Source of the DNA: Aplysia californica
Lineage: Eukaryota
Length of the DNA stretch: 64,000 bases
Assembly (NCBI RefSeq): GCF_000002075.1
Contig: NW_004798738.1
Coordinates: 1 to 64,000, forward strand
Direction: 5' to 3'
A model generated the notes under the pieces. The model did not search any database and had not been told where the DNA came from. It saw only the letters and a program-made list of their open reading frames with translations. A program made the position numbers and the translations under genes. Positions 27,320 to 39,058 of this stretch are shown piece after piece; positions within the stretch are counted from its first letter, which is position 1; each line of letters starts with the position of its first letter.

Positions 27320-30300
27320 TGAGATTTGGCAGAAGAATCAAAACACTAGGGTTTAACTTGCCAACCCTTCTTGCGAGCCAGGGCTTGAGCCCGACGCTTC
27401 ATTGCTGAGGAAGTCTGCTGAGCCTTCATACTCTTTTGAGCCTTGCGCTCATTGATGCGAGCCTGGGCTGCTGCCGCCTGCTTCTTCATCGCTTCCACCT
27501 TTTCTGGGGTAATGTCAGCCCGAGCCTTGCTCACCTTGTCGCGATAATCTTGAATTGACTTATCCCTTTGCTGGCCTAGGGTCTGTTGACGCTGCTGGTA
27601 TCGCTGCTCCCCTCGCTGATTAACGTCAGCAACAACATCCTCTGATAGACCTGGACGGTTGGAAATCACCCCCTCATTAGAAGGCATGCCCATGTTGGCA
27701 GCCTCTTCAATCGTTTTGTTATAGGCATCTTGAGCATGACGGCCTTCAAGGATGACCGCATCTAGCCCGTCCGAGAGCGCGTAGTACGCCTGCTTGCTCG
27801 CTGGAGTTGACCCTTTGAACTCTGGCTCCTGGTCCCACCTGGGCTCGGGCACGGAGGACCAGTCCTGAGAGCGATCCACGGAGCCTGCNNNNNNNNNNNN
27901 NNNNNNNNNNNNNNNNNNNNNNNNNNNNNNNNNNNNNNNNNNNNNNNNNNNNNNNNNNNNNNNNNNNNNNNNNNNNNNNNNNNNNNNNNNNNNNNNNNNN
28001 NNNNNNNNNNNNNNNNNNNNNNNNNNNNNNNNNNNNNNNNNNNNNNNNNNNNNNNNNNNNNNNNNNNNNNNNNNNNNNNNNNNNNNNNNNNNNNNNNNNN
28101 NNNNNNNNNNNNNNNNNNNNNNNNNNNNNNNNNNNNNNNNNNNNNNNNNNNNNNNNNNNNNNNNNNNNNNNNNNNNNNNNNNNNNNNNNNNNNNNNNNNN
28201 NNNNNNNNNNNNNNNNNNNNNNNNNNNNNNNNNNNNNNNNNNNNNNNNNNNNNNNNNNNNNNNNNNNNNNNNNNNNNNNNNNNNNNNNNNNNNNNNNNNN
28301 NNNNNNNNNNNNNNNNNNNNNNNNNNNNNNNNNNNNNNNNNNNNNNNNNNNNNNNNNNNNNNNNNATTGAGATCAACGGAGCTATAGGTGCGCGGTGATA
28401 ATGCCTGCTCCAAGGCATCAGGGACTGCACTCGCTCCCCTTAGGTTTGCTTGGGGGGTGGAGACCTGAGACTGGTAGATGTGAGACTCCGGCCCCAAGGG
28501 CACCGTCTCCATCTGGCCCGTGCGCTGGAGGAACTCAGGGGAAGACATCTCTTCCATCAACCGATATTGCTGATTCTCCTGGGGACTCATTAGCCGACGA
28601 GCTGTGGTCTGGTTGATATCAATGTCTGAGCCAAACTCAATGGGCTGCTGAGGATATACGCGAGGTCCAGATTCCTGCACGGGACTCGTACCCAGACCTT
28701 CGCTGATTAACTGGCTAGCTAAGGTTGCACCCCCCTTGGCCTCGGGTAAAACAGATTGGTTCAATGGTTGGGCCGAACCTATTTGCCCCTCAGGGGGAAG
28801 GCCCAGTTCCGCTCTAGCATTGGGGCCGAGAGTACCCTTGAGCATCCCTGATTGATAAGGGATATTCCAGGGGTCCTTACTGGAGCCTTGAAACTGGGTA
28901 TGGGGCGTAGCTGTGGGCGTTCCCTTAGCCATCCCTTGCTGGGTCATTCGGTCTCCTAAGGCCATATCTAAATCCACGAGGGGATTAGACAAGGCCATGC
29001 CCTGGTCAATGTAATCCAGTCGTCGAGCCAGTTGACCTTGGGGGACAGAGGTAATATTCTGATTAGTTTGGGCTCCCCCTAATCCTTGGATTGCACGTAC
29101 GGCGACGTTATCTGTATCAGCAATCTCATGGGGGAATTTCTGCATTCGCCAGTCTGTAACCGCTCTAATCCTAGCTGCTCTTTTTGGATCATATGCAGCT
29201 ATCTCTGGAAGCTTTGCCTGCAGTTTCTTCACTTCGTCAAGGGGCATGTCATATGCCTTGACGAGGTTGCCTAATGCCGTTTGATCCTCACTCTTTAAGC
29301 TGTACATGGGATGGAGTTCACCGCCCTTGCGAGCCCCAAAGGTATTAGCTTGAGTAACATCATTAGAAGCCTGCAGGCTAGCCCGATTCGCTGCACTGCC
29401 AAAGATAGGGTTCTCTGGGTCGAGCTGCTGGGCAATCTCATAAATCTCCTCTGGCCTCAGGCTACCCGCTCGCTTGTCGTACCGATTATTGGACGGCATC
29501 TTTTGAGAGAGGTACCTGTCCCCCGTATTGGGATTGCTAATCTCCTCCCATAGCTGCCGCTCCGGGATGGCCACCGTGCGACCGCCCAGCTGGGCTGGAT
29601 AGTTGGTATAAGGCTCCTGAGTCTGAGGATCTATCGGATGATTGACGGGAGCAAAGCCCATTAGCTTATTCCTGTTCGTCAAGGGATAAGCATTGTAAGG
29701 CCCCACCATCTCATCAAAGCGAGTGGCAAAGTTGCTGGGCATAGGTGTGTAGCCCAAAGCCTGCAGCTCACTCGGCTGTAGCATCGATAGATCAACTCGC
29801 AACTCTTGATTAGCGGTAGGATTACCATAGAACTGGCTAGGGGTTTGACGAGAGCTCGTATTAAACCCACGGACGCCGCCTCGGGTCATGTACAGCTGCC
29901 ATTTATCCTCAGGGTTATCAGCAATCCGTTTGCTTAGAGCATCATGGACATCTCCCAGGTGCTGAATCTGTACTGAGTCTTGCATCTTGTGGGCGACATC
30001 AGGCCAGTCCCAGTCTGCCATCGGAGTTTTAGCGAAAGAAACATACTCAATCGGTCGCTTACCCCGTGCTGATTCAATCTTGTCAACAACTTCAGGATCT
30101 GGATAGCTCAGGTACTGACCCGTCTGTTTGTAATTTTGGTTATAGGTATCCATTAATTGCTGAGCGTCCTCAGCCGTTAGCTTTGAGTTACGCAAATAGA
30201 AATCAATTCGGTCTCCTAGGCCATATTTTGGATCGATAGTGCAGCTATCGCGGTGTTCCATTTGCGAGCTAGATGCGTAGGGTACCGACTCATCCGTAAT

Positions 30301-30981
30301 GGTCACCTGTTTTACCTGGGCTTTTGGTAGCCCCTTAGGAATCTGTTGCTGCTTTTTCTGCAGGGGAACTGGCTTGGGTCGAGCAAATCGTTTAAGCATG
30401 ATTAAAGTTCGGTACATTGAGATTTGGCAGAAGAATCAAAACACTAGGGTTTAACTTGCCAACCCTTCTTGCGAGCCAGGGCTTGAGCCCGACGCTTCAT
30501 TGCTGAGGAAGTCTGCTGAGCCTTCATACTCTTTTGAGCCTTGCGCTCATTGATGCGAGCCTGGGCTGCTGCCGCCTGCTTCTTCATCGCTTCCACCTTT
30601 TCTGGGGTAATGTCAGCCCGAGCCTTGCTCACCTTGTCGCGATAATCTTGAATTGACTTATCCCTTTGCTGGCCTAGGGTCTGTTGACGCTGCTGGTATC
30701 GCTGCTCCCCTCGCTGATTAACGTCAGCAACAACATCCTCTGATAGACCTGGACGGTTGGAAATCACCCCCTCATTAGAAGGCATGCCCATGTTGGCAGC
30801 CTCTTCAATCGTTTTGTTATAGGCATCTTGAGCATGACGGCCTTCAAGGATGACCGCATCTAGCCCGTCCGAGAGCGCGTAGTACGCCTGCTTGCTCGCT
30901 GGAGTTGACCCTTTGAACTCTGGCTCCTGGTCCCACCTGGGCTCGGGCACGGAGGACCAGTCCTGAGAGCGATCCACGGAG
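26692..30981. repeat. ~1.19-kb direct duplication (26692-27883 and 29790-30981)
   Basis: Near-identical copies offset by 3098 bp, each ending at an N-gap. Confidence 0.85.
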
Positions 30982-31900
30982 NNNNNNNNNNNNNNNNNNN
31001 NNNNNNNNNNNNNNNNNNNNNNNNNNNNNNNNNNNNNNNNNNNNNNNNNNNNNNNNNNNNNNNNNNNNNNNNNNNNNNNNNCACCGCCATCGGGTTTAAT
31101 TCTTGACCCGGCAAGAGACGAGATTGCTGAGCAAAGGTGACATCGGGATAGGTGTGAACCGGGAACTGACCCTGTTTGTCTCCTGCTTTAATCGCCTGAA
31201 AAGGAGCATTGTGCCCCAAGATTGAACGGACAGTATCCCCGGCTGGGGATTTGCTGATTCGAGCTGATACCTCGGCATCCCGGAAGGCTATCGTTTCATA
31301 GGGGTTGCGCTGCAGGGCTGCTCGCTGGTTGCCAATCGCTCCCTTGACCTGCTGGTTTAAGTCTCCATAGCCCTGGCGCAAAGACTGTAACTCCTGGTTT
31401 AGCTGACCATACTGCTGACGCAAAGGACCCAGAGCTGGATCATTGGGGTTGGCGGCTTTAAGAGCATTGCCCTCTCGCTCTAGCTGGGGGAGTAGCTGTT
31501 GAGAAATTTCATTGCCCCGCTCATACATCTGACCGAGCTGAGCGCGATTGGCCGATTGAAACGGTGAGCCTGGCTGGTCATAGCTACGATACAGCCCCTG
31601 GAATCTTTGACGGCTCGCCGCTGGGGTCGCTTGGACATTTGTCCAAGTCATCTCGGGGAACATGGCCTGCTCAGTGGGCTGGCCGATACGTACGCGGCCA
31701 GGACCTGGGGTGTCAGTAGCCGCAGCAATTGCTTGGTTGCGCTGACCCGCAAATCGCTTGCGGTTCTTGTTGCGCTGCTTTGGTGTTAATTTTACCGCTG
31801 TGCGTTGCTGGATGGGTTCATTGGGATTAGGCTCAATCTCAATGGCGCCAGGGTAGTTGGCTAAATAGTTCTGAAGTTGGTCGGGGGAGAAGGTGGGCAT
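27346..31900 (-). CDS. Large Q/P-rich protein(s), fragmented by N-gaps and the duplication
   Basis: ORF pieces 30860-31900, 27346-30417 and 30444-30977 probably represent one gene (MPTFSPDQ...WQVKP). Confidence 0.4.
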
Positions 31901-32778
31901 GATGATTTCCTTTGCAGGCTGAAGGGTGGCGTCAGGTTGGCAAGAGTGGCACTAAAAATTAAGAGGCTCGCTTGAGTGATCCTCTCATGGGCAATTGGGG
32001 TTTCGTGAGTGGGCTTAAATGCTGCTGTGCTTATAGCCCTAGTAAAAACAGGAGTGGGAATTGACGGGCTGGAAGATTGATACCAGTTTTAATCGAGATC
32101 AATGGTGAGCATAACCGGGAAGGACAAGCTTGGCCCTAAAGAAATGATTGATTATCTACTGCTTTTCTCAATCTGTTGCTAGCAAATAAAACCTGAATTA
32201 GTCTGAAGGTCTTTTGAATTTACGAGCTAAATTTAACTGGCTTTAATGGATAGATAAACAAAAGCTGGAGCGAGTAAATAATATCCGAAGACGAATAGAA
32301 AACTTGGGCTTTTGTGTTAGGTAAGGCAGGTTAAAGATGCACTAATAATTGCCGGGCTTGAAGGGGGAGGAAACGAAGGGAAAATAGCATAGCTGGACTT
32401 AAAGGGTAGTGAAAATTACATTGCAACAGGGCCTCGATTGTAAACAAATCTAAAGCCAGTGTCGGTTCGTTTACGACGCTATAAGAGATCTTTAAAGAGC
32501 GGTAAACGGACCTACATCGGCTTCAAGTTTGTTTACATTCCAATGGGATCCCAGATATCCTTACCCTCGCTTCCCCTCTTTGATCTCGATCCCGGCAATG
32601 GAGATCCTATAAGCCTGGCTGCAGCTCGTTTCCCTGTGTTCTTTGTGTCGTTAACAGGGTTGCGACCCCGGCGAAGTGGGATTGACTAGTCAGATCTTTA
32701 AGGGGGATTCAAGGCCAAATTTGCGGGGCTCCCTATAGAGAGTATGGGGTCTGTAACAAATGTATTAAGTGTTCAGCA

Positions 32779-32826
32779 CAAAAAAAAATAATGGGGTAAG
32801 CAATTGCAGAAATTGCTTACCCCATA
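32779..32826 (-). terminator. Intrinsic terminator after ssb
   Basis: ATGGGGTAAGCAATT...AATTGCTTACCCCAT followed by a U-tract on the minus strand. Confidence 0.65.
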
Positions 32827-32896
32827 GGTCGTTACGTGTTGTTAAGATTGCTTGACTCTATTAGTTAGTATCTAACAGAGCCAAGATGTAAGGCGT

Positions 32897-33730
32897 TTAG
32901 AAAGGAATTGAATCGAAGTTCATTGAGTCATCGATTGTGGATTCTTGAGCTACAGCGTTGTTCTCGTTGCCACCAGTTGTTGTTCCTTGGGCAAACGGAT
33001 CAGCTACTCGATTATTCTTGTTCGGAGCAGCATTGATTGGTGTGATATTGTTACGCTCATCCCGAGGTTTGACACCCAAGTTAAGCTGACTTACTACTAC
33101 CTTGAAGTTACGAGCGGTCTCATTTGTAGACTGTTTTGTATACTCATCAAACCGGAGAGAACCCGCGATAGCAATCTGCCGACCCTTTGTACACCACTGG
33201 GTGAATATTTCAGCGGTGCGGTTCCAGGTCTCCACATTGAACCAGTGGGTCTCCTTATTAATCCCATCTACAGCAACGGAACTGCGAGCGACCACACTGC
33301 CGCTTTCTAGAGCTGTGAACTGTGGGTCACTGCCCAGTCTGCCTTCTAGGGTGACCATGGAATATTGGATGGGGTCAGAGATGGGAACGAATTTCTGGAC
33401 ATTGATTTGAGGGTAGCTGGAGACTGTACCCGCTTCAGAGGTGACCTTAAAGGCAGTCAAGGGACCTTCAATAATCAAGTCTGTATCTAGGGGTAGTTCA
33501 GCTAAGCGTTCAGCAGTCTTGCCGTAGCCGACCACCTTGATGTAGCCATTGTACTCAGCCTCACCTGCTTGGTAGGTGCAGAGACAAGTGCCCTCTAATT
33601 TAGAGACCATGCCGTTTTTGCCCTCGATAGAAGTGAGGTTAGCAACGATAAGAGTAGTAGCGATGGAAGCGTAGTTCATAGTGAAACTCCTGTAATTAAT
33701 AGTTGAATAGAGACAAAAGTGAGCGGACAA
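32897..33730 (-). CDS. ssb: Single-stranded DNA-binding protein with two OB folds
   Basis: VTLEGRLGSDP, THWFNVETWNRTAE, KGRQIAIAGSL, acidic tail FDSIPF, plus an upstream OB-like copy (GYGKTAE...LIIEGPL). Likely start at 33679. Confidence 0.85.
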   Translation of the reverse strand: MSAHFCLYSTINYRSFTMNYASIATTLIVANLTSIEGKNGMVSKLEGTCLCTYQAGEAEYNGYIKVVGYGKTAERLAELPLDTDLIIEGPLTAFKVTSEAGTVSSYPQINVQKFVPISDPIQYSMVTLEGRLGSDPQFTALESGSVVARSSVAVDGINKETHWFNVETWNRTAEIFTQWCTKGRQIAIAGSLRFDEYTKQSTNETARNFKVVVSQLNLGVKPRDERNNITPINAAPNKNNRVADPFAQGTTTGGNENNAVAQESTIDDSMNFDSIPF

Positions 33731-33807
33731 AACTCGAACAGGCTGCGAGACAGTACAGCCCGTGGGAGTTAGGAAATATTTAGTTGTAGGGAATAGACAA
33801 TTGGGGT

Positions 33808-34482
33808 CTAGGCAGCCTTAGTCTGAAGTGAAGAAAGGGCAGCGTGTAATCGGGTCCGCTTGGTTGTGTCCTTAATGCGGTTGTAGTTTTTGATCTTCAG
33901 ACGGTCGGCAATGGTGGTCCAGGGATGGGAGGCCAGTTGGTCATCCGTCGCCACAGACAGCAGGTCAAGCCAGACTTGAGGCTGGTCGAGGTCCAGTTCT
34001 TCCGGGTGTGGTTCGGATTGGGGCATCTCCACCACCTGGAGGACGGGCTGGGGTACAGAGTAGTCCACCGTGTATGGGGATTCTAATTCTGTGGGTTCCG
34101 GTGACTCATCTAGTGACTCATCTAGTGACTCACTGGGCTGGTCCAGCAAGGGGGGTAGCTCTTCGATAGTGAACCAGGCCCGCACCTGCTGGTAGCGCTG
34201 TAGGGCCACTGCCAGGTAGGGGATACCGTGGTCATTGGTGTGCTGACGCAGCCGCTTTTGTAGCTTGTAGTTCGCGAATTTGGCCGTCAGTTTGACATCC
34301 GCGATCGCCTTGCGTCCTGCGGCCACTGCCAACCTGCGGATACCGTTGCCTATCCAGCTGAGGCTGGACTCCGTGTCACCCACGAGGCGATCGCCGTAGT
34401 AGAACTTCGCCTGGTCGTCAGTCACCGTGTCATGGGCGACATCAACAGCAGCGACGAAGGGATTGTAAGTTTGATTTTCCAT
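33808..34482 (-). CDS. Hypothetical protein
   Basis: AAGGA RBS; 224 aa. Confidence 0.55.
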   Translation of the reverse strand: MENQTYNPFVAAVDVAHDTVTDDQAKFYYGDRLVGDTESSLSWIGNGIRRLAVAAGRKAIADVKLTAKFANYKLQKRLRQHTNDHGIPYLAVALQRYQQVRAWFTIEELPPLLDQPSESLDESLDESPEPTELESPYTVDYSVPQPVLQVVEMPQSEPHPEELDLDQPQVWLDLLSVATDDQLASHPWTTIADRLKIKNYNRIKDTTKRTRLHAALSSLQTKAA

Positions 34483-34631
34483 GATGAATTCCTTGAATAG
34501 ATAAGATTGAAGTGAACAATGTAGGGATTTGTCAGACCGCCGAGGGAAATCAGGTCACCCCTAGGGGCATCACCTCAACGGCCTAACCGAGACACCACTC
34601 TTCTTAGCGAAGCGCAGCGGAGCCCTCCCCC

Positions 34632-34886
34632 CTAAGCTTCCGGGTAGCCCAGGTGGGGAAGGATAACGTATTGCAGGCAGATGATCGCCATCAGCTCCTG
34701 AGCCTCAGCCAGTAGTGCGATCGCTGTATCGTAGTCACTGGCGTTATGCACAATCCAGTAGCGATCACTGACATACCTGAGGTCCAAGGTGCTGGGGATT
34801 CCCCGCAAGGGGAAGAAGCTGAAGGTCACCTCCCCCCGCAGATTGGCGTGCCAGTACACACTGGCATCGGGACAGGCTGTTGTCAC
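34632..34886 (-). CDS. Hypothetical protein
   Basis: 84 aa, abuts the upstream gene. Confidence 0.4.
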   Translation of the reverse strand: MTTACPDASVYWHANLRGEVTFSFFPLRGIPSTLDLRYVSDRYWIVHNASDYDTAIALLAEAQELMAIICLQYVILPHLGYPEA

Positions 34887-35677
34887 TAGGCCACCTCAGA
34901 GGCAGGGCCATTGAGGTACATGTCCATGGCGTACACATCGTCCTCACTGAGGGTGATGCGGGTAATCAGCTTGGCCTTGGTCTTGGCCACGGCCCGGATG
35001 CCCGCAGCCTTGCACATCTGGCGCAGCTGCTTGAGGTTGTACTTTGCAAGCTCCTGCCGCATACTGTCCTGAGTCCAGCTGTAATCTGGTGCCTCAGGTT
35101 CTTGTACAGGTTCTTGTACAGGCTCCTGCACTTCTGCTTCTACAACCTGCAGAGCAACGGGAGCTTCTGCGGCTACTGGCTGGGCTTCCGTCTGGGCTAC
35201 CATCTGGGCCACTGCGTGAAGGCGAGGGTCGATGACCTCGGGTTCTATTACTTGAGTGACTTGAGCCTCGGGAGACTCAGGGGCAAAACCAGCTGGAGTC
35301 AATGCCCTGACTGGGGTTGGGGTTGTAGGTTCAGATGAAATGGTCACAGTTTCATCTTGAGGGATATCTTGAGGGATATCTTGGGAAACAGGACCAGCCA
35401 TGGGATCGAGGGTGCCACGGCGGAGCTGCATTAGCAGCTGGGCAGTGCGGATGCGGTTGGCGGCGATGTTGCTAGCCTTGCACTGCTTGGCGAGCATCAG
35501 GTGGTCAGCGGTATCTGTCTTGAAGATGACCACCTGACCATTGCGTTGGGTATAGAGGATGTTGCGCTTGGAGCGTCTGAGGTCGAGCTTCTTGGGTGCG
35601 TAGATGCGACCCACGAGGCCATGCCTAACGTCCTGGATTAACTGGTATTCGAGTTGAGAAAGAGCAGCTTGAGCCAT
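34886..35677 (-). CDS. Protein with C-terminal Rho-N/SAP-like helical domain
   Basis: ELAKYNLKQLRQMCKAAGIR...TKAKLITRI; AGGAG RBS. Confidence 0.6.
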   Translation of the reverse strand: MAQAALSQLEYQLIQDVRHGLVGRIYAPKKLDLRRSKRNILYTQRNGQVVIFKTDTADHLMLAKQCKASNIAANRIRTAQLLMQLRRGTLDPMAGPVSQDIPQDIPQDETVTISSEPTTPTPVRALTPAGFAPESPEAQVTQVIEPEVIDPRLHAVAQMVAQTEAQPVAAEAPVALQVVEAEVQEPVQEPVQEPEAPDYSWTQDSMRQELAKYNLKQLRQMCKAAGIRAVAKTKAKLITRITLSEDDVYAMDMYLNGPASEVA

Positions 35678-35914
35678 GGTGAATCTCCTGTGGTTGAGTT
35701 GAGTTGATGTGAGTTGAGTTGATAAGCATTTGTACTGACGACAGGGGTCGACAAGGGGCGACAGGTGATGTGTCGAGGGTTGTCGCCCCTTCGATTTAAG
35801 CCAGCGTCAGTTCCGGTCACACCGCTACTTTCAGCGAAGCGCAGCGGAGCTATCCCCCTTAACCCAGGGGAGGTGAGGCGATCGCCAGGGGAGCGAATGT
35901 ATGGGGTGGGTGCT

Positions 35915-36067
35915 TTAAGATTGCAGGGAGAGGATAATCTGGACGAGTAGTTCCCGACCACCAATCTGGCAGGACTGGTCGGGGAAGCTGAACCGATAGG
36001 TGCGTCGGTCCATCTGGCTGTAGGTGATGCCGTGGGCGGCGAGGATTTGGTGAGTAGTTTGAGACAT
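35915..36067 (-). CDS. Small hypothetical protein (50 aa, below track cutoff)
   Basis: AGGA RBS; MSQTTHQILAAHGIT... Confidence 0.4.
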   Translation of the reverse strand: MSQTTHQILAAHGITYSQMDRRTYRFSFPDQSCQIGGRELLVQIILSLQS

Positions 36068-36271
36068 GATAATTCCTAGGGTGCAGGGGGAGGATGTGGC
36101 GAATCCCCCATCGGGTTGACAATTCTTTTAGCGGAGCGCAGCGGAGCCCCACTTCCCCCCTAAGGCGTGAGAGGGGAAGCAGGGTTGGGCAGGTTGTGGT
36201 GACTGCCCTATGGGAGCTGGTATGGCACCGAGACGCACAGCTCCCATCGTTGATTAGCTTAGTGTGATTTT

Positions 36272-36628
36272 CTAGAACCGGTCGAGCTCTTGTAGGTAGT
36301 CGAGGAAGCTGCGGCTCAGTAGCCCATCTGCGGTGAACACGTCAACCAGGTCGGCGTCGGTGATGCACTGCAGGCTGTAGGGCCGTTGGCTGTTGAGGCT
36401 GATCAAGGGGAGGGTGAGGCCGTTGTATTCGAAGCTGGGGTGGGTGGGGGTGAGGCTGTAGTACTCAGGGTCCCGGTGGATGCTGTAGTCGGGTTCGTTG
36501 AGGGGGACGGCGATCGCTAGCCCATGAGGGACGTAGCCGTTCTGGATCAAGGAGCACAGCTGACCCAGAGACTTGTAGAGCTTGGCGTAGTGGAACAGGT
36601 CCTTGTGGATGATACTTAGGTGGCTCAT
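36272..36628 (-). CDS. Hypothetical protein
   Basis: 118-aa ATG ORF. Confidence 0.5.
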   Translation of the reverse strand: MSHLSIIHKDLFHYAKLYKSLGQLCSLIQNGYVPHGLAIAVPLNEPDYSIHRDPEYYSLTPTHPSFEYNGLTLPLISLNSQRPYSLQCITDADLVDVFTADGLLSRSFLDYLQELDRF

Positions 36629-36741
36629 GGCGTTTGGGGTAGTGGTCCTGGGGGGCTGCTCGGCGTGGGTCCTGGTGGGGAGCAGCTCCCCCGCGTCTAT
36701 ATCTAGGATGCCCTAGCGTCTTTCCTTAACGAGCGTTTTGA

Positions 36742-37005
36742 CTAGCGATCGCTGCCAGACCAGTTGCCGGGGGAGACTAGGTGGCCCTTGCGGTGGGCGG
36801 AGCGCATGTGGGGTGGGATGTACTGAACGCGGCTGCTGGTGCGGTTGCTATGCACTTCATCGATCCAGCGCTCGCAGTCTTTGCGTTCGTGGGGTTGGAC
36901 CACGGGGCGAGCCATGGCGGTGCTTAGGTTCTGGATGGGGGCGGCATGTACCTCCTGGGCTTGGCGGCTGAGGTCAGTGCTGGTGCGGATGATTTGATTG
37001 GACAT
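36742..37005 (-). CDS. Hypothetical protein
   Basis: AGGA RBS; 87 aa. Confidence 0.45.
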   Translation of the reverse strand: MSNQIIRTSTDLSRQAQEVHAAPIQNLSTAMARPVVQPHERKDCERWIDEVHSNRTSSRVQYIPPHMRSAHRKGHLVSPGNWSGSDR

Positions 37006-37092
37006 GGTGTAATCCTATAGATGAGGTGGGTTGCAGCTCTAGAGAGCTAAGAGTCTGTGGGGAGGCTTCCACTCCCCAGCTAGGTATAAGAA

Positions 37093-37500
37093 CTAGACAG
37101 ACTGACTCCGGTACTGGATCACTCGTTTGTACACCTGGGCTTCAAGGGAACGGATCCCCTCGGAGAGGAGCAGAGCTTTTTCGTAGTCTTCATTGGCCTT
37201 GGCTTCCTGGATCTGTGGATAGTAGTAATCCAGCAGTCCCAGTTTGTGGCCGAGGTCAGTGGTAAAGACGCGAACGAAGTTGTAACGGATATTATCCCGT
37301 TGGCAACGAGCACTAAAGCGACGCTGGTATTCAGGGGGGCAGTCCCCTCCGACTTCAGCGTCTCCCATCATGCCCTCGAACAACTGCTCTGCGTATTCCT
37401 CAGCTTGACGCCAGTCCAGGGTGTGAACTGGGCCGTTGGCCTGAGCACTAACGATGTTGGCAGTACGGAGTTTGCGGGTGGTAAAAGTCATAGGTGTCAC
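37093..37500 (-). CDS. Hypothetical protein
   Basis: 135 aa. Confidence 0.5.
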   Translation of the reverse strand: MTPMTFTTRKLRTANIVSAQANGPVHTLDWRQAEEYAEQLFEGMMGDAEVGGDCPPEYQRRFSARCQRDNIRYNFVRVFTTDLGHKLGLLDYYYPQIQEAKANEDYEKALLLSEGIRSLEAQVYKRVIQYRSQSV

Positions 37501-37612
37501 CTATATATGGACAAGAAAACTCCAGGGAGACTAAGCCTGGAGCGGAACCCAATCAAGAGCTCAAGGGTCTGAAGGGGAGTTGAACCCCTTCGATTGGCCT
37601 GGGTACCAAAGA

Positions 37613-37780
37613 CTAGCGGTAGTCAGACTGGCGGACGGGACGGGTCTGCCGGAGGTCTGAGCTGAGGTTTTGGATGCCTACGTTACCGAGGATGCTGGGG
37701 TTGAGGCCCATGGCTTCCATGTCTTCTGCGAGTTCGAGGTAGACTTCGCGGGCGGACTGGCTAGAGGTAGAGAGTTGCAT
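37613..37780 (-). CDS. Small hypothetical protein (55 aa, below track cutoff)
   Basis: AAGGA RBS; MQLSTSSQSAREVYLELAEDMEAMG... Confidence 0.5.
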   Translation of the reverse strand: MQLSTSSQSAREVYLELAEDMEAMGLNPSILGNVGIQNLSSDLRQTRPVRQSDYR

Positions 37781-37906
37781 GTGGTTATCCTTTTGAGTTG
37801 ATGAGTTTTCTAATAACGCAGCGCAGCGGAGTTGATTCCGTTAGTAACCTGCCATCATCAGACCGGAGGAGGTCAGTCCTCCGATGACCCCCTAAGGGGT
37901 TTCGGC

Positions 37907-38119
37907 TTAACAAGCGTGACGTTGATTGTCTTCTCGGTCCATTGCAGCGATAATCTGCCGAACGGCATAGAGCTGCTGAGATAGGTGCCTGAAAGTTACA
38001 AGGTCAGAGCCATCAGGATTCATCTCGAGGTCTTGTAATCTTTGAACAAGATCGGCAGCCAAAAGCTTGTAGCCTTGGTAGGTCATCCAGGTCATGTCAA
38101 CGATCTGAGTGGATTCCAT
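37907..38119 (-). CDS. Small hypothetical protein
   Basis: AAGGA RBS before MESTQ. Confidence 0.5.
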   Translation of the reverse strand: MESTQIVDMTWMTYQGYKLLAADLVQRLQDLEMNPDGSDLVTFRHLSQQLYAVRQIIAAMDREDNQRHAC

Positions 38120-39058
38120 GATTGTTTCCTTATGAGTTGTATGGACTTGCTGATAACGCAGCGCAGCGGAGTTGATTCCGTTATCACCTGCCATCATCAG
38201 GCTGAGGGGGTGAGTCCTCAGCGACACAAGCCCCGAGGGGCAAGCGTTTCGGCTGTGTTATTGCGCTTCTGCCATTAGCATTTCCAGGAATGCATCAACG
38301 GNNNNNNNNNNNNNNNNNNNNNNNNNNNNNNNNNNNNNNNNNNNNNNNNNNNNNNNNNNNNNNNNNNNNNNNNNNNNNNNNNNNNNNNNNNNNNNNNNNN
38401 NNNNNNNNNNNNNNNNNNNNNNNNNNNNNNNNNNNNNNNNNNNNNNNNNNNNNNNNNNNNNNNNNNNNNNNNNNNNNNNNNNNNNNNNNNNNNNNNNNNN
38501 NNNNNNNNNNNNNNNNNNNNNNNNNNNNNNNNNNNNNNNNNNNNNNNNNNNNNNNNNNNNNNNNNNNNNNNNNNNNNNNNNNNNNNNNNNNNNNNNNNNN
38601 NNNNNNNNNNNNNNNNNNNNNNNNNNNNNNNNNNNNNNNNNNNNNNNNNNNNNNNNNNNNNNNNNNNNNNNNNNNNNNNNNNNNNNNNNNNNNNNNNNNN
38701 NNNNNNNNNNNNNNNNNNNNNNNNNNNNNNNNNNNNNNNNNNNNNNNNNNNNNNNNNNNNNNNNNNNNNNNNNNNNNNNNNNNNNNNNNNNNNNNNNNNN
38801 NNNNNNNNNNNNNNNNNNNNNNNNNNNNNNNNNNNNNNNNNNNNNNNNNNNNNNNNNNNNNNNNNNNNNNNNNNNNNNNNNNNNNNNNNNNNNNNNNNNN
38901 NNNNNNNNNNNNNNNNNGCATTCAGCGAGCATGGTGTTCTCCTGGTTGAAGTGGTGGATTGAGGTAATGAGTTGAGGTGATGGATTGAGGTGACCTGCCA
39001 TCATCAGACCGGAGGAGGTCAGTCCTCCGATAACCCCCGAAGGGGTCACCGGCTGGAG

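Noticed and set aside
31900-32780. ~0.9-kb non-coding region as an origin or ncRNA
   Set aside because: No repeats, DnaA-box cluster or clear structure could be identified by eye.
37565-37640. tRNA-like sequence (T-loop GGTTCAACTCC hairpin on the minus strand)
   Set aside because: No anticodon arm can be formed and the putative 5' half overlaps an ORF end; treated as a simple hairpin.
38258-39049. Long ORFs spanning the N-gap
   Set aside because: They are open only because of the Ns.
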